Sequence record: KY555145.1
Strand: one strand, 5' to 3'
Length of the DNA: 64,000 nucleotides
Below the pieces are notes generated by a model that saw only the letters and a list, made by a program, of their open reading frames with translations, was not told the origin of the DNA and searched no databases. How positions within the stretch are numbered: position 1 is the first letter of the stretch; the number at the start of each line of letters is the position of its first letter. A program made the position numbers and the translations under genes. This document shows, in pieces, positions 24,938 to 34,442 of the stretch.

Positions 24938-26371
24938 TTAACGGGGGATGTCGAGGTGATCGGCCAGGGCGTCGGCGCCGCCAATGAAGGCTTCCTCCTC
25001 GCCGGCCGCGTCCAGCAGGAAGATCATCGGCGAGGTGTTCCAGGTCGGGTGGCCCCAGTTCTGGCGGACGTCCTCGAACTTGGCGCGGCGGTCCTCGTCG
25101 CTGGGCTGGACGGCGTCATAGGGGATGCCCTCACGATCCAGGTAGGCCTTGGCCCGGTCGCAGTGCGGGCAGTTGGCCTTGGTGTAGACGCGGTATTCCG
25201 GAGCCCCGGCCGGGGCGGTGATCGCCACCTCGTCCAGGCGCTTGACCGACCAGTAGCGCGGCGTCTCGGGGATCGCGCAGACGCCATCCTCGGCGCAGCC
25301 GTCCTCGTCCGCCGGCGGGGTCCAGACCGGACGCTGGAGGAAGCTGAAGGCCCGTTCCCAGCCAGGGATTTCGCCCTTGCCGTACTCCGTCGAGCGCTGC
25401 TCGAAGAAGTTGGTGTGGGTCGGGGCGTTCATGATCCAGTCGAGCCAATCGAACGGATTGTCCTTGACGCCGTAGTTGGGCTTCAGGCCCAGTTGCAGCA
25501 GGCGCCGGTCGGCGATGTAGCGGATGTACTGCTTGGTGTCCTCGGGGGTGACGCCCTCGATCTGGAGCTTGCGGAACTTGTCCGAGCGGCGCTCGGCGCG
25601 GTTCTTCGCCGCCGGCTTGGCCTCGGCCATGTCCGGAGCGATCGCGAAGGCCTGATCGATGAAGGCGTCTTCGAGGTCCACCATCGCGCGGCAGGCGTCG
25701 TAGATGCGTTTCTTGGTCTCGTCGTTCCAGGCGCGCGGGTGCTCCTTGATCAACTCGTGCAGGAGTTTGATCATCGACTCGACGTGGTGGCTTTCGTCGC
25801 GGATCGACCACTCGACGATCGTGGTCATGCCCTTCATGCGATTGCGACGCTGGAAGGACATCAGCAGGGCGAAGGACGAGAAAAGCTGCATCCCCTCGCC
25901 GAAGGCCGAGAACACGGCGATCTCGACCATCAGGTCGGCGATCGAGTTGCCGCTGTCCCGGTTGAACATGTACTCGTGCTTCTCACGCATCGCCTCGTAG
26001 TCGAGGAAGGCGCGGAACTCCACCTCGGGCAGGCCCAGGGTGTCGATCAGGGTCGAGTAGGCGTCGATGTGGTTGGCCTCGGCGGCGATGAACGCCCCGA
26101 GCATCATCCGCACTTCCGGATGCGGGAAGCGGGGGCCGTACTTCTCGAAGTAGCCGCGCGCCACATCGACGTCGGCCTGGGTGAAGAACCGGAAGAGTTG
26201 CGTCAGCAGGGACTTCTCGTCCGGCGTCAGCTTCTCGTTCCAGTCCTGGATGTCCTGGTCCATGGGGGCTTCGTGCGGAAGCCAGTGCATGGCCTGCATG
26301 GTCTTGTAGGCCTCGTAGGCCCAGGGGTAGACGAACGGCTTGTAATAGTCGCGGGACTTGAGCAGGGACAT
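24938..26371 (-). CDS. nrdB: Ribonucleotide reductase class Ia beta subunit fused to C-terminal glutaredoxin
   Basis: W.P.E, FFTQAD, EANH..Y, EG..LFSSF, RDESHH, NFFE.R.TEY motifs; then YTKANCPHCDRAK...SPMIF...FIGG glutaredoxin. Confidence 0.95.
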   Translation of the reverse strand: MSLLKSRDYYKPFVYPWAYEAYKTMQAMHWLPHEAPMDQDIQDWNEKLTPDEKSLLTQLFRFFTQADVDVARGYFEKYGPRFPHPEVRMMLGAFIAAEANHIDAYSTLIDTLGLPEVEFRAFLDYEAMREKHEYMFNRDSGNSIADLMVEIAVFSAFGEGMQLFSSFALLMSFQRRNRMKGMTTIVEWSIRDESHHVESMIKLLHELIKEHPRAWNDETKKRIYDACRAMVDLEDAFIDQAFAIAPDMAEAKPAAKNRAERRSDKFRKLQIEGVTPEDTKQYIRYIADRRLLQLGLKPNYGVKDNPFDWLDWIMNAPTHTNFFEQRSTEYGKGEIPGWERAFSFLQRPVWTPPADEDGCAEDGVCAIPETPRYWSVKRLDEVAITAPAGAPEYRVYTKANCPHCDRAKAYLDREGIPYDAVQPSDEDRRAKFEDVRQNWGHPTWNTSPMIFLLDAAGEEEAFIGGADALADHLDIPR

Positions 26372-26424
26372 GAAGGGGTCTCAGGAAAAGGAGGAAAGGG
26401 CAGGATGAAGGGGCCGGTGGCCCC

Positions 26425-29232
26425 TTACCCCTCGCATGCCAGACAGTCGGACGAAGCCGTCGGGTTGAGGGCCAGCATCGCGGCCTCTTCGGCGGAACCC
26501 TCGGTCGGCGGCCCCTCGACGATCTCGATCTTCTTGCGCTCGACCTTGGCGTTGGTGTTCTCGGCCCGCTTGGGGGTCGACGAGCGCAGGTAGTAGAAGG
26601 ACTTGACGCCGGCGCCCTCGCCCCAACCCAGGAAGTGGAGTTCCGAGAGGTACTCGGCGTCCGCATCGTGGGGCACGAAGACGTTCAGGGACTGGCCCTG
26701 GCAGATCGACTTGGAGCGATCGACCGCCAGGGTCACGACCCAGCGCTGGTCCATCTCGCGCGCGGTCCGATAGACCTTCAGGAGATGCAGGCGCTCGGCT
26801 TCCGGCATGGTCACGCCATGCTCGGCCAGGAACTCCGGCGTGAAGTGCTGGATCGACCCCTCGGCCGCGACGATCGACTTCCAGATCGCCTCGGTGTCCA
26901 GGCCCAGTTCGCCCAGGCGCTTCTTCAGCCACCGGTTCTTGACGGCGAACGAGCCCGACAGGGTCTTGTGCAGGAAGGTGTTGGCCGGAATCGGCTCGAT
27001 CGACGGCGAGGTGCCCCCGCAAAGGATCGAGGACGAGGCGTTGGGCGCCACGGCCAGCTTGTGGGCGAAGCGCTCGCCCGTGCCTTCCATGTCCGGCGCC
27101 TCGCCGCGCTCCTTGCCCAGCAGCAGGGAGGCCGCGTCGGCTTGCTTGCGCATGTGGACGAACAGTTCCAGGTTCAGCCGGCGGGCGGCGTGGCTCTCGA
27201 ACGGGATGTCCAGCATCTGGAGCAGGGAGTGGAAGCCGAGCAGGCCCAGGCCCACCGACCGTTCGCGCACGGCGCTGTAGGCCGCGCGGTGCATCTCGTC
27301 CGGCGCGTTGTCGATGAACACCTGGAGGCAGTTGTCCAGCATGCGCATCAGGTCTTCGACGAAGGTCGGGTGATCCCGCCATTCCGGCCACTTCTCGGCG
27401 TTGACGCTGGAGAGGCAGCAGACGGCGGTCCGCATCTTACCGAAGATGTCGCGGCCCGAGCCCAGCATGATCTCCGAGCAGTTGCCCGTCAGATAGCCGT
27501 TGAAGACCAGACGGTGGCGCAGGGGCTCGGTCGCGCAGAAGACGTCGGCCTTGTGCGCGAGCGGATGGACGTCGGCGACCGTCGCCGCCAGGATCGAGGC
27601 CACCCCGATCGCGGCGTCGCGCGGCTCGATCGCGTGGGCCAGGACGATGCCACGCTCCGACAGATAGGCCACGTCCCACTCGGCGAGCGAGAAGGCGCTG
27701 ACCGTGTCGGTCAGGCGGATGCGCGGGTGCAGGCCGGACTCGATGGCCATGAGGCGCATCTGGCGGATCAGGTCGACGTCAGTCGAGCCCACGGTCAGCC
27801 AACGCACGCCGTCGATCTCGACCCACTCGCCGGCCGCGTCCAGGGCGCCGGCCAGCCACGTCAGGCGGCGTTCGACGGTCCAGGCGAATGGCACCACGCC
27901 GGGATTGATCACCTGCGGGTCAAAGCGCAGGGTCGTGCCGTGCTCGTCGCCTTCCAGGTTGGTCGACAGCGTCGACAGGCGCTTGAGCACCTCGCCCGGC
28001 AGGCTCGCGGGCACGAAGGCCGACAGCCGGTTTTTGTCGTCGAAGCCGGCGAAGGTCGTCCACCCGGCGGCATAGGCCTGCTCGATCGGCGGCGTCGCCT
28101 CGGCCAGCCCCTCGATCACCGGCGCCTGGGCCTTGGCCAGCACGGTCCCGAGCTTCAGTTCGCCGGCCCGCACCTCCACGCCGTCCTGGGTGTAGAACTT
28201 GTGGTAGGGGGTGCAGTCGAGATAGTCGCCGTCCTCGAACCAGACGCGCACCAGCGAGGCCTTCTCGTCGGTGGGGTTGGTCTGCTGGATCAGGACGCGG
28301 CTGAATTCCTCGCCGTTCCAGACGTCGTGGTATTCGCCCTTCAGGGCCTCGATCGGCAGGTGGCCGTTGCGGGTCAGGATTTCGGTCTCGCCGGTCACGC
28401 AGAGGTTCGACTGGCGGACCTTGAGGCCGAGCTTCTTCTGCGCCTCGGGGAAGTGGCGGTTGGAGGTGTCGATGAAGTGGATGTAGGGCTCGCCCGTCTG
28501 CATCCGCGTCTCGATCAGCAGGCGCCACAGTTCGCGCGCCCGCTCGACGCGGATCACCTCGCCGGTCTTGGGCGAGCGCAGGGCGAACTCGGTGTCGTCG
28601 CGCACCGCGATCATGAACTCGTCGGTGACGTTGACGGCGTTGTGCAGGTTGGTGATCTTGCGGTTCTGGTCGCCGCCGGTAGGCTTGCGGGCCGTGATGA
28701 ACTCGCGGATTTCCGGGTGGCTGATGTCCAGATAGACGGCGTTGGAGCCCCGGCGCGTGCCGCCTTGGCTGACGGCGAGAATCAGGCGATCGTCCACCGC
28801 CATGAACGGGATCACGCCGGTCGACTGCGAACCCTTCGAGGTCTTCTCGCCCAGGCCGCGCAGGGCGCCGTAATAGGAGCCGATGCCGCCGCCCATCGAC
28901 GAGAGCCAGATGACCTCGTCATAGTGCTCGGAGATCGACTCGCGGCTGTCCTCGATCGCGGTGAGGAAGCAGGAGATCGGCAGGCCGCGCGCGGACCCGC
29001 CGTTCGACAGCAGGGGCGTGGCGAACATGAACCAGAGGTTCGAGACATAGTCGTAGAGCCGCTGGCCGTGCTCGGCGTCATCCGCGAAGGCCGCACTCGC
29101 GCGCGCGAAGGCCTCCTGGGGCGAGCTTTCCCCAGGCAGCAGATAGCGTTCACGGAGGGTCTGAAGGGTGAAGTCGTCGAGCAGGGCGTCGCGGGTGAGA
29201 TCGATCTTGATTTCGGAGGGTGCGACAGCCAT
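26425..29232 (-). CDS. nrdA: Ribonucleotide reductase class Ia alpha subunit containing an intein
   Basis: Start MAVAP at 29232 (GAGA upstream); FATP.LSN, LPISCF, QGGTRRG, SNL|C, APNASS, C-terminal CLACEG. Confidence 0.95.
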   Translation of the reverse strand: MAVAPSEIKIDLTRDALLDDFTLQTLRERYLLPGESSPQEAFARASAAFADDAEHGQRLYDYVSNLWFMFATPLLSNGGSARGLPISCFLTAIEDSRESISEHYDEVIWLSSMGGGIGSYYGALRGLGEKTSKGSQSTGVIPFMAVDDRLILAVSQGGTRRGSNAVYLDISHPEIREFITARKPTGGDQNRKITNLHNAVNVTDEFMIAVRDDTEFALRSPKTGEVIRVERARELWRLLIETRMQTGEPYIHFIDTSNRHFPEAQKKLGLKVRQSNLCVTGETEILTRNGHLPIEALKGEYHDVWNGEEFSRVLIQQTNPTDEKASLVRVWFEDGDYLDCTPYHKFYTQDGVEVRAGELKLGTVLAKAQAPVIEGLAEATPPIEQAYAAGWTTFAGFDDKNRLSAFVPASLPGEVLKRLSTLSTNLEGDEHGTTLRFDPQVINPGVVPFAWTVERRLTWLAGALDAAGEWVEIDGVRWLTVGSTDVDLIRQMRLMAIESGLHPRIRLTDTVSAFSLAEWDVAYLSERGIVLAHAIEPRDAAIGVASILAATVADVHPLAHKADVFCATEPLRHRLVFNGYLTGNCSEIMLGSGRDIFGKMRTAVCCLSSVNAEKWPEWRDHPTFVEDLMRMLDNCLQVFIDNAPDEMHRAAYSAVRERSVGLGLLGFHSLLQMLDIPFESHAARRLNLELFVHMRKQADAASLLLGKERGEAPDMEGTGERFAHKLAVAPNASSSILCGGTSPSIEPIPANTFLHKTLSGSFAVKNRWLKKRLGELGLDTEAIWKSIVAAEGSIQHFTPEFLAEHGVTMPEAERLHLLKVYRTAREMDQRWVVTLAVDRSKSICQGQSLNVFVPHDADAEYLSELHFLGWGEGAGVKSFYYLRSSTPKRAENTNAKVERKKIEIVEGPPTEGSAEEAAMLALNPTASSDCLACEG
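27481..28401 (-). mobile_element. 307-aa intein in NrdA at the catalytic SNL/CSE site
   Basis: Starts CVTGETEILT, ends RLVFNGYLTGN before Cys; internal LAGLIDADG-like blocks (YAAGWTTFAG, WLAGALDAAG). Confidence 0.92.
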
Positions 29233-29338
29233 GGGGTCTCGTTCTCGCGTCGAGGCGCGATGCGTTAAAAAGCCCTGAGAAATCAGGGCCTTAGATTGAC
29301 AGCAAAGGATGGTTAAGATAGCCTGAGGGGTCCCGAAA

Positions 29339-29353
29339 GTCAAGATTCACGAC
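29339..29353 (-). promoter_or_regulatory. Phage promoter motif copy driving nrdA
   Basis: Reverse complement GTCGTGAATCTTGACT, then N15 and GCTATCTT. Confidence 0.7.
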
Positions 29354-29394
29354 ACTCGTGGACCCCTCAAAGATTCCTTGACAGCCCCTCGGAT

Positions 29395-29646
29395 TTACTC
29401 GTCGGCGAACTTCATTCCGGCCGCCTGGAGGATGTCCTTGGTATTGCAGGGCTTTCCATCCAAGAGGAAACAGAGGCGGGTTTCGCGGACCCGATCCCCC
29501 AGCGCGGCGATCGCGCGTTCGAGGACCGTCATCCCATCGCCGAGGGGAGCGATCAGGGCTCCGGTCTCGCGCGGGAGGCGAGGGCCGCTGCCCTTCGCCT
29601 CCTTCGGGGTCTTGCTCCGCTTACCGGACAACGCCAGCCACCCCAA
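29395..29646 (-). CDS. Hypothetical protein
   Basis: 83-aa ORF in the co-oriented operon; start uncertain. Confidence 0.5.
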   Translation of the reverse strand: MGWLALSGKRSKTPKEAKGSGPRLPRETGALIAPLGDGMTVLERAIAALGDRVRETRLCFLLDGKPCNTKDILQAAGMKFADE

Positions 29647-29968
29647 CCACCGCCTGGAACTCGGCCAGGGCTTGGTCGACGTCGTGCCCGGCGGCGATCT
29701 TCGCCGAGAGGTCCGCGACGGCGGTGTTGACCCGGTCGAGTTCGGCCTTGAAGTAGTCCGGGGTCTCCTTCAGGATGTTGACCAGCGCCAGGGTGACGAT
29801 GTCGACCACCGGGATGCGGATGGTCTCGCCGTCGGCTTCGTTGAACGAGGCCAGCGACAGGCCGATGGTGAAGCCGCTCGGATTATCCGGCGTCTCGGTC
29901 AGGGCCAGGACCGCTTGGGCGAGCGAGCGCTCTTCTTGGACCTGGATGTCTTCAGTGGGGGAGGTCAT
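29621..29968 (-). CDS. Hypothetical protein
   Basis: 115 aa, AGGA RBS, phage-like codon usage. Confidence 0.75.
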   Translation of the reverse strand: MTSPTEDIQVQEERSLAQAVLALTETPDNPSGFTIGLSLASFNEADGETIRIPVVDIVTLALVNILKETPDYFKAELDRVNTAVADLSAKIAAGHDVDQALAEFQAVVGVAGVVR

Positions 29969-30257
29969 GGGATTCCTGCTGCATGAGGAGGGTGATGCGG
30001 TTGACAGCGTCGACTTCGCTGATCGGCCCGGCCTTCAACAGGGCGTCGATCGTGTCGGCGATCACCCCCTGCTGGTCGAGGGTCATGATCGCGAGGCCGT
30101 AGAGCAGCGCCTGGGACGCGTGGCGCCGGACGCTCGGGGTGGTGTGGTGGATGATCAGGTCGGCCTCGGCGCGGTCCCCGCTGGCGGGCACGAAGGCCGA
30201 AAGCGAGAATTCCGGGGCCAGATCGTCCGGGATATCGAGAGGGGCGGGGGAGGACAT
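29952..30257 (-). CDS. Hypothetical protein
   Basis: 101 aa, GGAG RBS, phage-like codon usage. Confidence 0.75.
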   Translation of the reverse strand: MSSPAPLDIPDDLAPEFSLSAFVPASGDRAEADLIIHHTTPSVRRHASQALLYGLAIMTLDQQGVIADTIDALLKAGPISEVDAVNRITLLMQQESHDLPH

Positions 30258-30295
30258 GCTCGGCTCCGGTGATGTCGTGTCTCCTGACGATTGAT

Positions 30296-30310
30296 GTCAG
30301 GATTCACGAC
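30296..30310 (-). promoter_or_regulatory. Phage promoter motif copy (one mismatch)
   Basis: GTCAGGATTCACGAC on +, intergenic. Confidence 0.55.
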
Positions 30311-30324
30311 ATCGGTCAACAAGG

Positions 30325-31284
30325 TTAATTCGCCGCAGGGGCGTCCCAGACGGCTTCGCCCGGCACGAACTTGCGGAACTGCTGGAAGCCCCGGAAATTG
30401 CCCTGGTGTTCCTTGGTCAGCGCGGCGCCCGGACGGGCGGCGCGGGCTTGGTGCTCCAGCGGCGAGGCGTGGACCGGCTGGGAGGCGGCCAGCTTCAGGA
30501 AGGTCCCGACGTCACGGGTGATCGAGGCCTTGGAGCCGTCGAAGTCGCGGTAGCTGGCGCGCGCGCAGCGCGACGCCGACGAGACGATCAGGAGGCGGTC
30601 GATCTCGGAGACCTCGCGCAGATTGACGAAGGCGAAGTCGATCAGGCCCAGATTGTAGTCGGCCTGAGCCCGCTCGTTGCGCAGGAAGCGCGAGATCGTG
30701 TCGATGTCTTCTTCCAGGTTGATGAACGGCAGGTGCCATTCGCCGGGCCGCAGCAGGCGCGGGGTCTGGGCATACAGGTCCGCCTTGATCCGCCGCGCCA
30801 GGGTCTGGATTTCGTCCTGGGCGCCGGCGTCGTCGCGCAGGGTCAGGAAGTTGATCCAGTCGGTGGCCGAGACCACGACCGAGATGTAGCCGAACCATTC
30901 GGTGGCGCGGTTGACCCACTGCTTATGGATGTTGAGGCCGCCTTCCTCGCGCGGCAGGCCTAGCTTGGCGACGCCGGCGCGCACCGCGTCCGCCATCTCC
31001 ATCCAGATCGCCTCGGCCGCCTCCTGGTCGGCGTTCGACAGGTACTCGCCCGGCTGCATGCCCGGCTTGTTCTCGCGGAACAGCGGCACGTAGGGCTCGT
31101 CCAGCAGCATCTTCTTGAGCGGGATGGCCCGGCTCGACGAGGCGTTGCGGCTGAACACCCGATGGGTCATGAAGTCAGCGTGGACCATGCGCGGGTAGCG
31201 CAGCAGCAGGCTGTCCAGGCGCTTGCCGTCCTGGGTGATCGACGCGGCCAGCGGCGTCGTTTGAACGAAATCGAGGGTCGGCAT
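30325..31284 (-). CDS. thyX: Flavin-dependent thymidylate synthase
   Basis: THRVFSRNASSSR signature, NF..LR...AQ.EI, HASP.EH motifs. Confidence 0.92.
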   Translation of the reverse strand: MPTLDFVQTTPLAASITQDGKRLDSLLLRYPRMVHADFMTHRVFSRNASSSRAIPLKKMLLDEPYVPLFRENKPGMQPGEYLSNADQEAAEAIWMEMADAVRAGVAKLGLPREEGGLNIHKQWVNRATEWFGYISVVVSATDWINFLTLRDDAGAQDEIQTLARRIKADLYAQTPRLLRPGEWHLPFINLEEDIDTISRFLRNERAQADYNLGLIDFAFVNLREVSEIDRLLIVSSASRCARASYRDFDGSKASITRDVGTFLKLAASQPVHASPLEHQARAARPGAALTKEHQGNFRGFQQFRKFVPGEAVWDAPAAN

Positions 31285-31287
31285 GGG

Positions 31288-31824
31288 TCAGTCCTGGTCG
31301 GCGTCGAGCACGATCATGGCGATCGCGTTGTGGAGATCGTCGATCCCCCGGTCGTTGGTGATGGTCCAGTCGGGGACGATCAGGTCCATCTCCAGTTCGG
31401 AGGCGTGCTGGGAGGCGGCGTCCTTGGTGACCTTGCGAGGGTCTTCGACGCGGATGATGCGGCCCTTCAAGGCGCGCACGGCGGCGGCCTCGTTGAGGAA
31501 GCGGCAGTCCGAGCAGACGACGTGGCTGTAGCCGCCGGCCGCCCGCTTGAAGGCCTCGATCCAGGTGTCCTGCTCGTAGGAGCGGAACATCTCGGTGCCG
31601 ATCTTCTGGAGAATGTCGCGAGGGCTCTTGAAGGGATAGCGGTCCAGGACCTGCTCCTTCAGCACGGGGTCCGACATCTCAAGGTCGGTCACGCCATAGG
31701 CGATCTTGGCGATCTCCCGCAGCGGGTCGGCGAAGTTGATGTGGCGGTAGCCGGCGGCTTCCAGGCGGCGGGCGGCCGTCGTCTTGCCGTGCCCGCGCTT
31801 GCCGGTGATGGCAATCAGGTCCAT
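31288..31824 (-). CDS. Deoxynucleoside monophosphate kinase
   Basis: IAITGKRGHGKTT P-loop, FADPLRE, R.ILQKIGTE, DCRF.NE, HASE motifs. Confidence 0.9.
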   Translation of the reverse strand: MDLIAITGKRGHGKTTAARRLEAAGYRHINFADPLREIAKIAYGVTDLEMSDPVLKEQVLDRYPFKSPRDILQKIGTEMFRSYEQDTWIEAFKRAAGGYSHVVCSDCRFLNEAAAVRALKGRIIRVEDPRKVTKDAASQHASELEMDLIVPDWTITNDRGIDDLHNAIAMIVLDADQD

Positions 31825-31833
31825 GGGGTTCTC

Positions 31834-33168
31834 CTAGCGAAGGATGGTGAGGGTCTTGGCCGCGCGGGTGATGCCCGTGTAGAGCCATTTGTCTTCGTCG
31901 GCCCGGAAGCAGCCGCTTTCGTCGATCAGGACGACATCGTCCCACTGCGAACCCTGGCTGGCATGGCAGGTGATGGCGTAGGCCCAGTCCGCGACGATCG
32001 AGCTTTTCAGCGCCCGCCAAGCCTTCTGCTCAGGCGCGGTGTAGCCCTTGTTGGTGCGCGAGAAGTGCTCCTCGAACATCCCCTGGAACATCGTCTTGTC
32101 GTGGTACTCGACGCCGTTCTCGTCGCTGAACGAGCCCTGGAACGTCGCGTCGCCATGGGTGAACTCGACCGACTTGAGCGAGGTCACTTCCGTGCCGTTG
32201 GTCAGGTCCGGGTTGTCACGGACGTTCTTGCGGATGATCAGCGGCTCGTTCTTCTGCGGCCCCACGCGCTCGCCGGGGTATTCGACGTAGCCGAATTCCG
32301 AGCGAAGCTGCTGGTTGACGTTCCACCGGGTCTTGTTGCGGCCGACGATGAACTGCGGGCGGTCCTCGAAATCGAAGACCTCCTCATATTCGGCGCGGCG
32401 CATGACTTTCACCCCGCTGCCGTAGTCGCGGAACGGCAGGTCCTTGCCTTCGCGCGCCAGGGTCGACAGGTGGATGATCGGATTGTCCTGGGCCTGACGG
32501 TGGATTTCCGACAGGAAGAAGTCCGGATCATTGGCCAGCAGGCCCGCGTCGTCCTCGACCGGCGGAAGCTGACCAGGATCGCCCATGGCGAAGATCGGCA
32601 CCCCGTATTCCATGAGGTCGTCGGTCATCCGGCGCCCGACCATGGACGCCTCGTCGACGACGATCAGGCTCGCCAACTGGATGGCGCTGTCGGGGTTCAG
32701 TTGGAAGTTGATCTTGTCCTCGCGGTAGGCCGCGCTGAGTTCGGCCTCCAGGCGCTTGATCAGCTTCTTTTGCGTGAAGATGTGCTGGTCCTTGTCCGGA
32801 TCGCCGCCTTCCATGGCGCAGATGTAGAGCGCTTCGCTGAGCGCTTCCCGGTGGTTTTCCAGGTCGGTTTCGAGTTGTGAGATCGGGGCCGGCTTGGCGC
32901 GGTAGATCGCCGAATGGATCGTGCCCGCGTTGGTGTTGGCGTAGCCCTGGGCCTTCAGCTTGGTCCGCATGACCTTGGCGGCCTTGCCCGTCGGGGCGAC
33001 GAAGGCCACGGTCTCGGGCGCGATGCCGAGGCTGTCGAGAATGAACGGCAGGATGGTGGACTTGCCCGAGCCGGCGAAGCCGGTCATCGTCGTCAGGGGT
33101 TGCCCGTCCTTGATCTTTTCGACAACGACCTTGCGGGCCGTGTCCTGTTGTGCGCTGAGCGTAGTCAT
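31834..33168 (-). CDS. RecD/Dda-like SF1 helicase
   Basis: GFAGSGKST, APTGKAA, TIHSAIY, VDEASMV, GDPGQLPPV, AYAITCHASQGSQW, LYTGITRA. Confidence 0.92.
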   Translation of the reverse strand: MTTLSAQQDTARKVVVEKIKDGQPLTTMTGFAGSGKSTILPFILDSLGIAPETVAFVAPTGKAAKVMRTKLKAQGYANTNAGTIHSAIYRAKPAPISQLETDLENHREALSEALYICAMEGGDPDKDQHIFTQKKLIKRLEAELSAAYREDKINFQLNPDSAIQLASLIVVDEASMVGRRMTDDLMEYGVPIFAMGDPGQLPPVEDDAGLLANDPDFFLSEIHRQAQDNPIIHLSTLAREGKDLPFRDYGSGVKVMRRAEYEEVFDFEDRPQFIVGRNKTRWNVNQQLRSEFGYVEYPGERVGPQKNEPLIIRKNVRDNPDLTNGTEVTSLKSVEFTHGDATFQGSFSDENGVEYHDKTMFQGMFEEHFSRTNKGYTAPEQKAWRALKSSIVADWAYAITCHASQGSQWDDVVLIDESGCFRADEDKWLYTGITRAAKTLTILR

Positions 33169-33193
33169 CGGAGACTTTCGGACGAGACGAGGG

Positions 33194-33220
33194 AACCCGC
33201 CCGGACGCGCCGGGCGGGTT
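33194..33220 (-). terminator. 11-bp hairpin downstream of SSB-like gene
   Basis: AACCCGCCCGG/CCGGGCGGGTT; weak U-tract. Confidence 0.4.
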
Positions 33221-33241
33221 GGTCGAAGGGATCAGGAGCGC

Positions 33242-34330
33242 TTAGAAGCGACCCCGGCCGCGCGAGGCGCGTTCGGTGCGCTCCTCGCCTTCGTCCTCGT
33301 CGTCGCGACCCCGGCCGCGCGTCGGACGCTCGTCACGCTCGTCCTCCTCGTCGCGGCTGCGACGGGCGGGGCGCTCGTCACGCTCCTCGCGGTCGTCGTC
33401 GCGGCTGCGGCGAGCCGGGCGCTCGTCTTCCTCGTCGCGCGAGCGACGGGCCGGACGTTCGTCCTCGTCGTCACGGCTGCGGCGGGCGGGACGCTCTTCC
33501 GGTTCGTCGTCGCGCGCGGCGCGGCGGCTCGAACGCTCTTCGCGCTCCTCCGGCTCGTCATCGCGGCTGCGGCGGCTCGAACGCTCTTCGCGCTCTTCGC
33601 GGTCGTCGTCACGCGAACGACGGGCCGGACGCTCGTCCTCGTCGTCGCGGCTGCGACGCGAGCGCTTGTCCTCGACGGCCTTGGGCTTGTCGTCGTAGTC
33701 GTCCGGCGTGCCTTCCAGCAGCGCGGCCAGTTCCGTCTCCGGCATCCAGCGCACGATCTTGAACTTCGGCGCGTACTTGGTGACCTTCCGGCCGCCCTTG
33801 GTCTTGCCCTCGAAGGGGTTGGAATCCAGGGCGATGATCGGCACCTCGCCGGGGTGGTTGCGGAAGCTGTTGCCGAAGTCCTTCAGGAACGCGGCCAGCG
33901 CCCGGCGCTTGGAGACGTTGTTGGCCTGGAAGACCATCTCGACGTAGGGCTCGTCGATCAGACGGAAATCGATCGTGTACTGCTCGACCGGGCCGTCTTC
34001 CTCGCCGTAGGGACCGTGGTCCGGCAGGCTGTTCTTCGACGGCTGCGGGCCGTCTTGCAGGGCGACCATTTCTTCGTAGACGACCTTGCCGTCCACCCAG
34101 ATCACCCAGCCGCGCTTGTAGGAGCGCAGGTTGGCGGCCATTTCGGTGCCGTTCTTCAGCGGCTCGTCTTCGGCGCCGTAGGAGTACGTGCCGTCGTTGC
34201 CGTCGAACTTCATGAAGGCCTTGCCGTCGCCGCCGCCCTTGAGGTTGTTGGCCTCGTTGGCGATCGCGGCGTAGAAATCGTCCTGGCTGGCCAGATAGCC
34301 GCCGGCCGAACGCGTGGTGAGTTCACCCAT
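33242..34330 (-). CDS. Putative ssDNA-binding/recombination protein with Arg/Asp/Glu-repeat tail
   Basis: About 210-aa globular N-terminus (MKFDGNDG, RGWVIW, Y.PKF.IVRW) in a replication cluster; C-terminal ~140 aa of RRSRD(D/E) repeats. Function inferred. Confidence 0.65.
   Translation of the reverse strand: MGELTTRSAGGYLASQDDFYAAIANEANNLKGGGDGKAFMKFDGNDGTYSYGAEDEPLKNGTEMAANLRSYKRGWVIWVDGKVVYEEMVALQDGPQPSKNSLPDHGPYGEEDGPVEQYTIDFRLIDEPYVEMVFQANNVSKRRALAAFLKDFGNSFRNHPGEVPIIALDSNPFEGKTKGGRKVTKYAPKFKIVRWMPETELAALLEGTPDDYDDKPKAVEDKRSRRSRDDEDERPARRSRDDDREEREERSSRRSRDDEPEEREERSSRRAARDDEPEERPARRSRDDEDERPARRSRDEEDERPARRSRDDDREERDERPARRSRDEEDERDERPTRGRGRDDEDEGEERTERASRGRGRF
33290..33670 (-). repeat. 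Degenerate tandem repeats encoding about 9 copies of RPARRSRD(D/E)E
   Basis: Visible at DNA level (gtcgcggctgcg, ggacgctcgtc units) and in the protein. Confidence 0.85.
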
Positions 34331-34442
34331 TTGCTGATACCTATTTTCTGTGGAGTTCCTCGGAGGCGCGAGTGCCTCCGAGGCTGTTACTAGGACTAGG
34401 CTGAGACTAGGCTAGGACTGGTGGAAGACTTCGTAAGTTGAG

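Noticed and set aside
33290-33670. Possible CRISPR array or VNTR near the Cas4-like gene
   Set aside because: Repeats are degenerate, in-frame and encode the R/D/E tail; there are no constant repeats with unique spacers.
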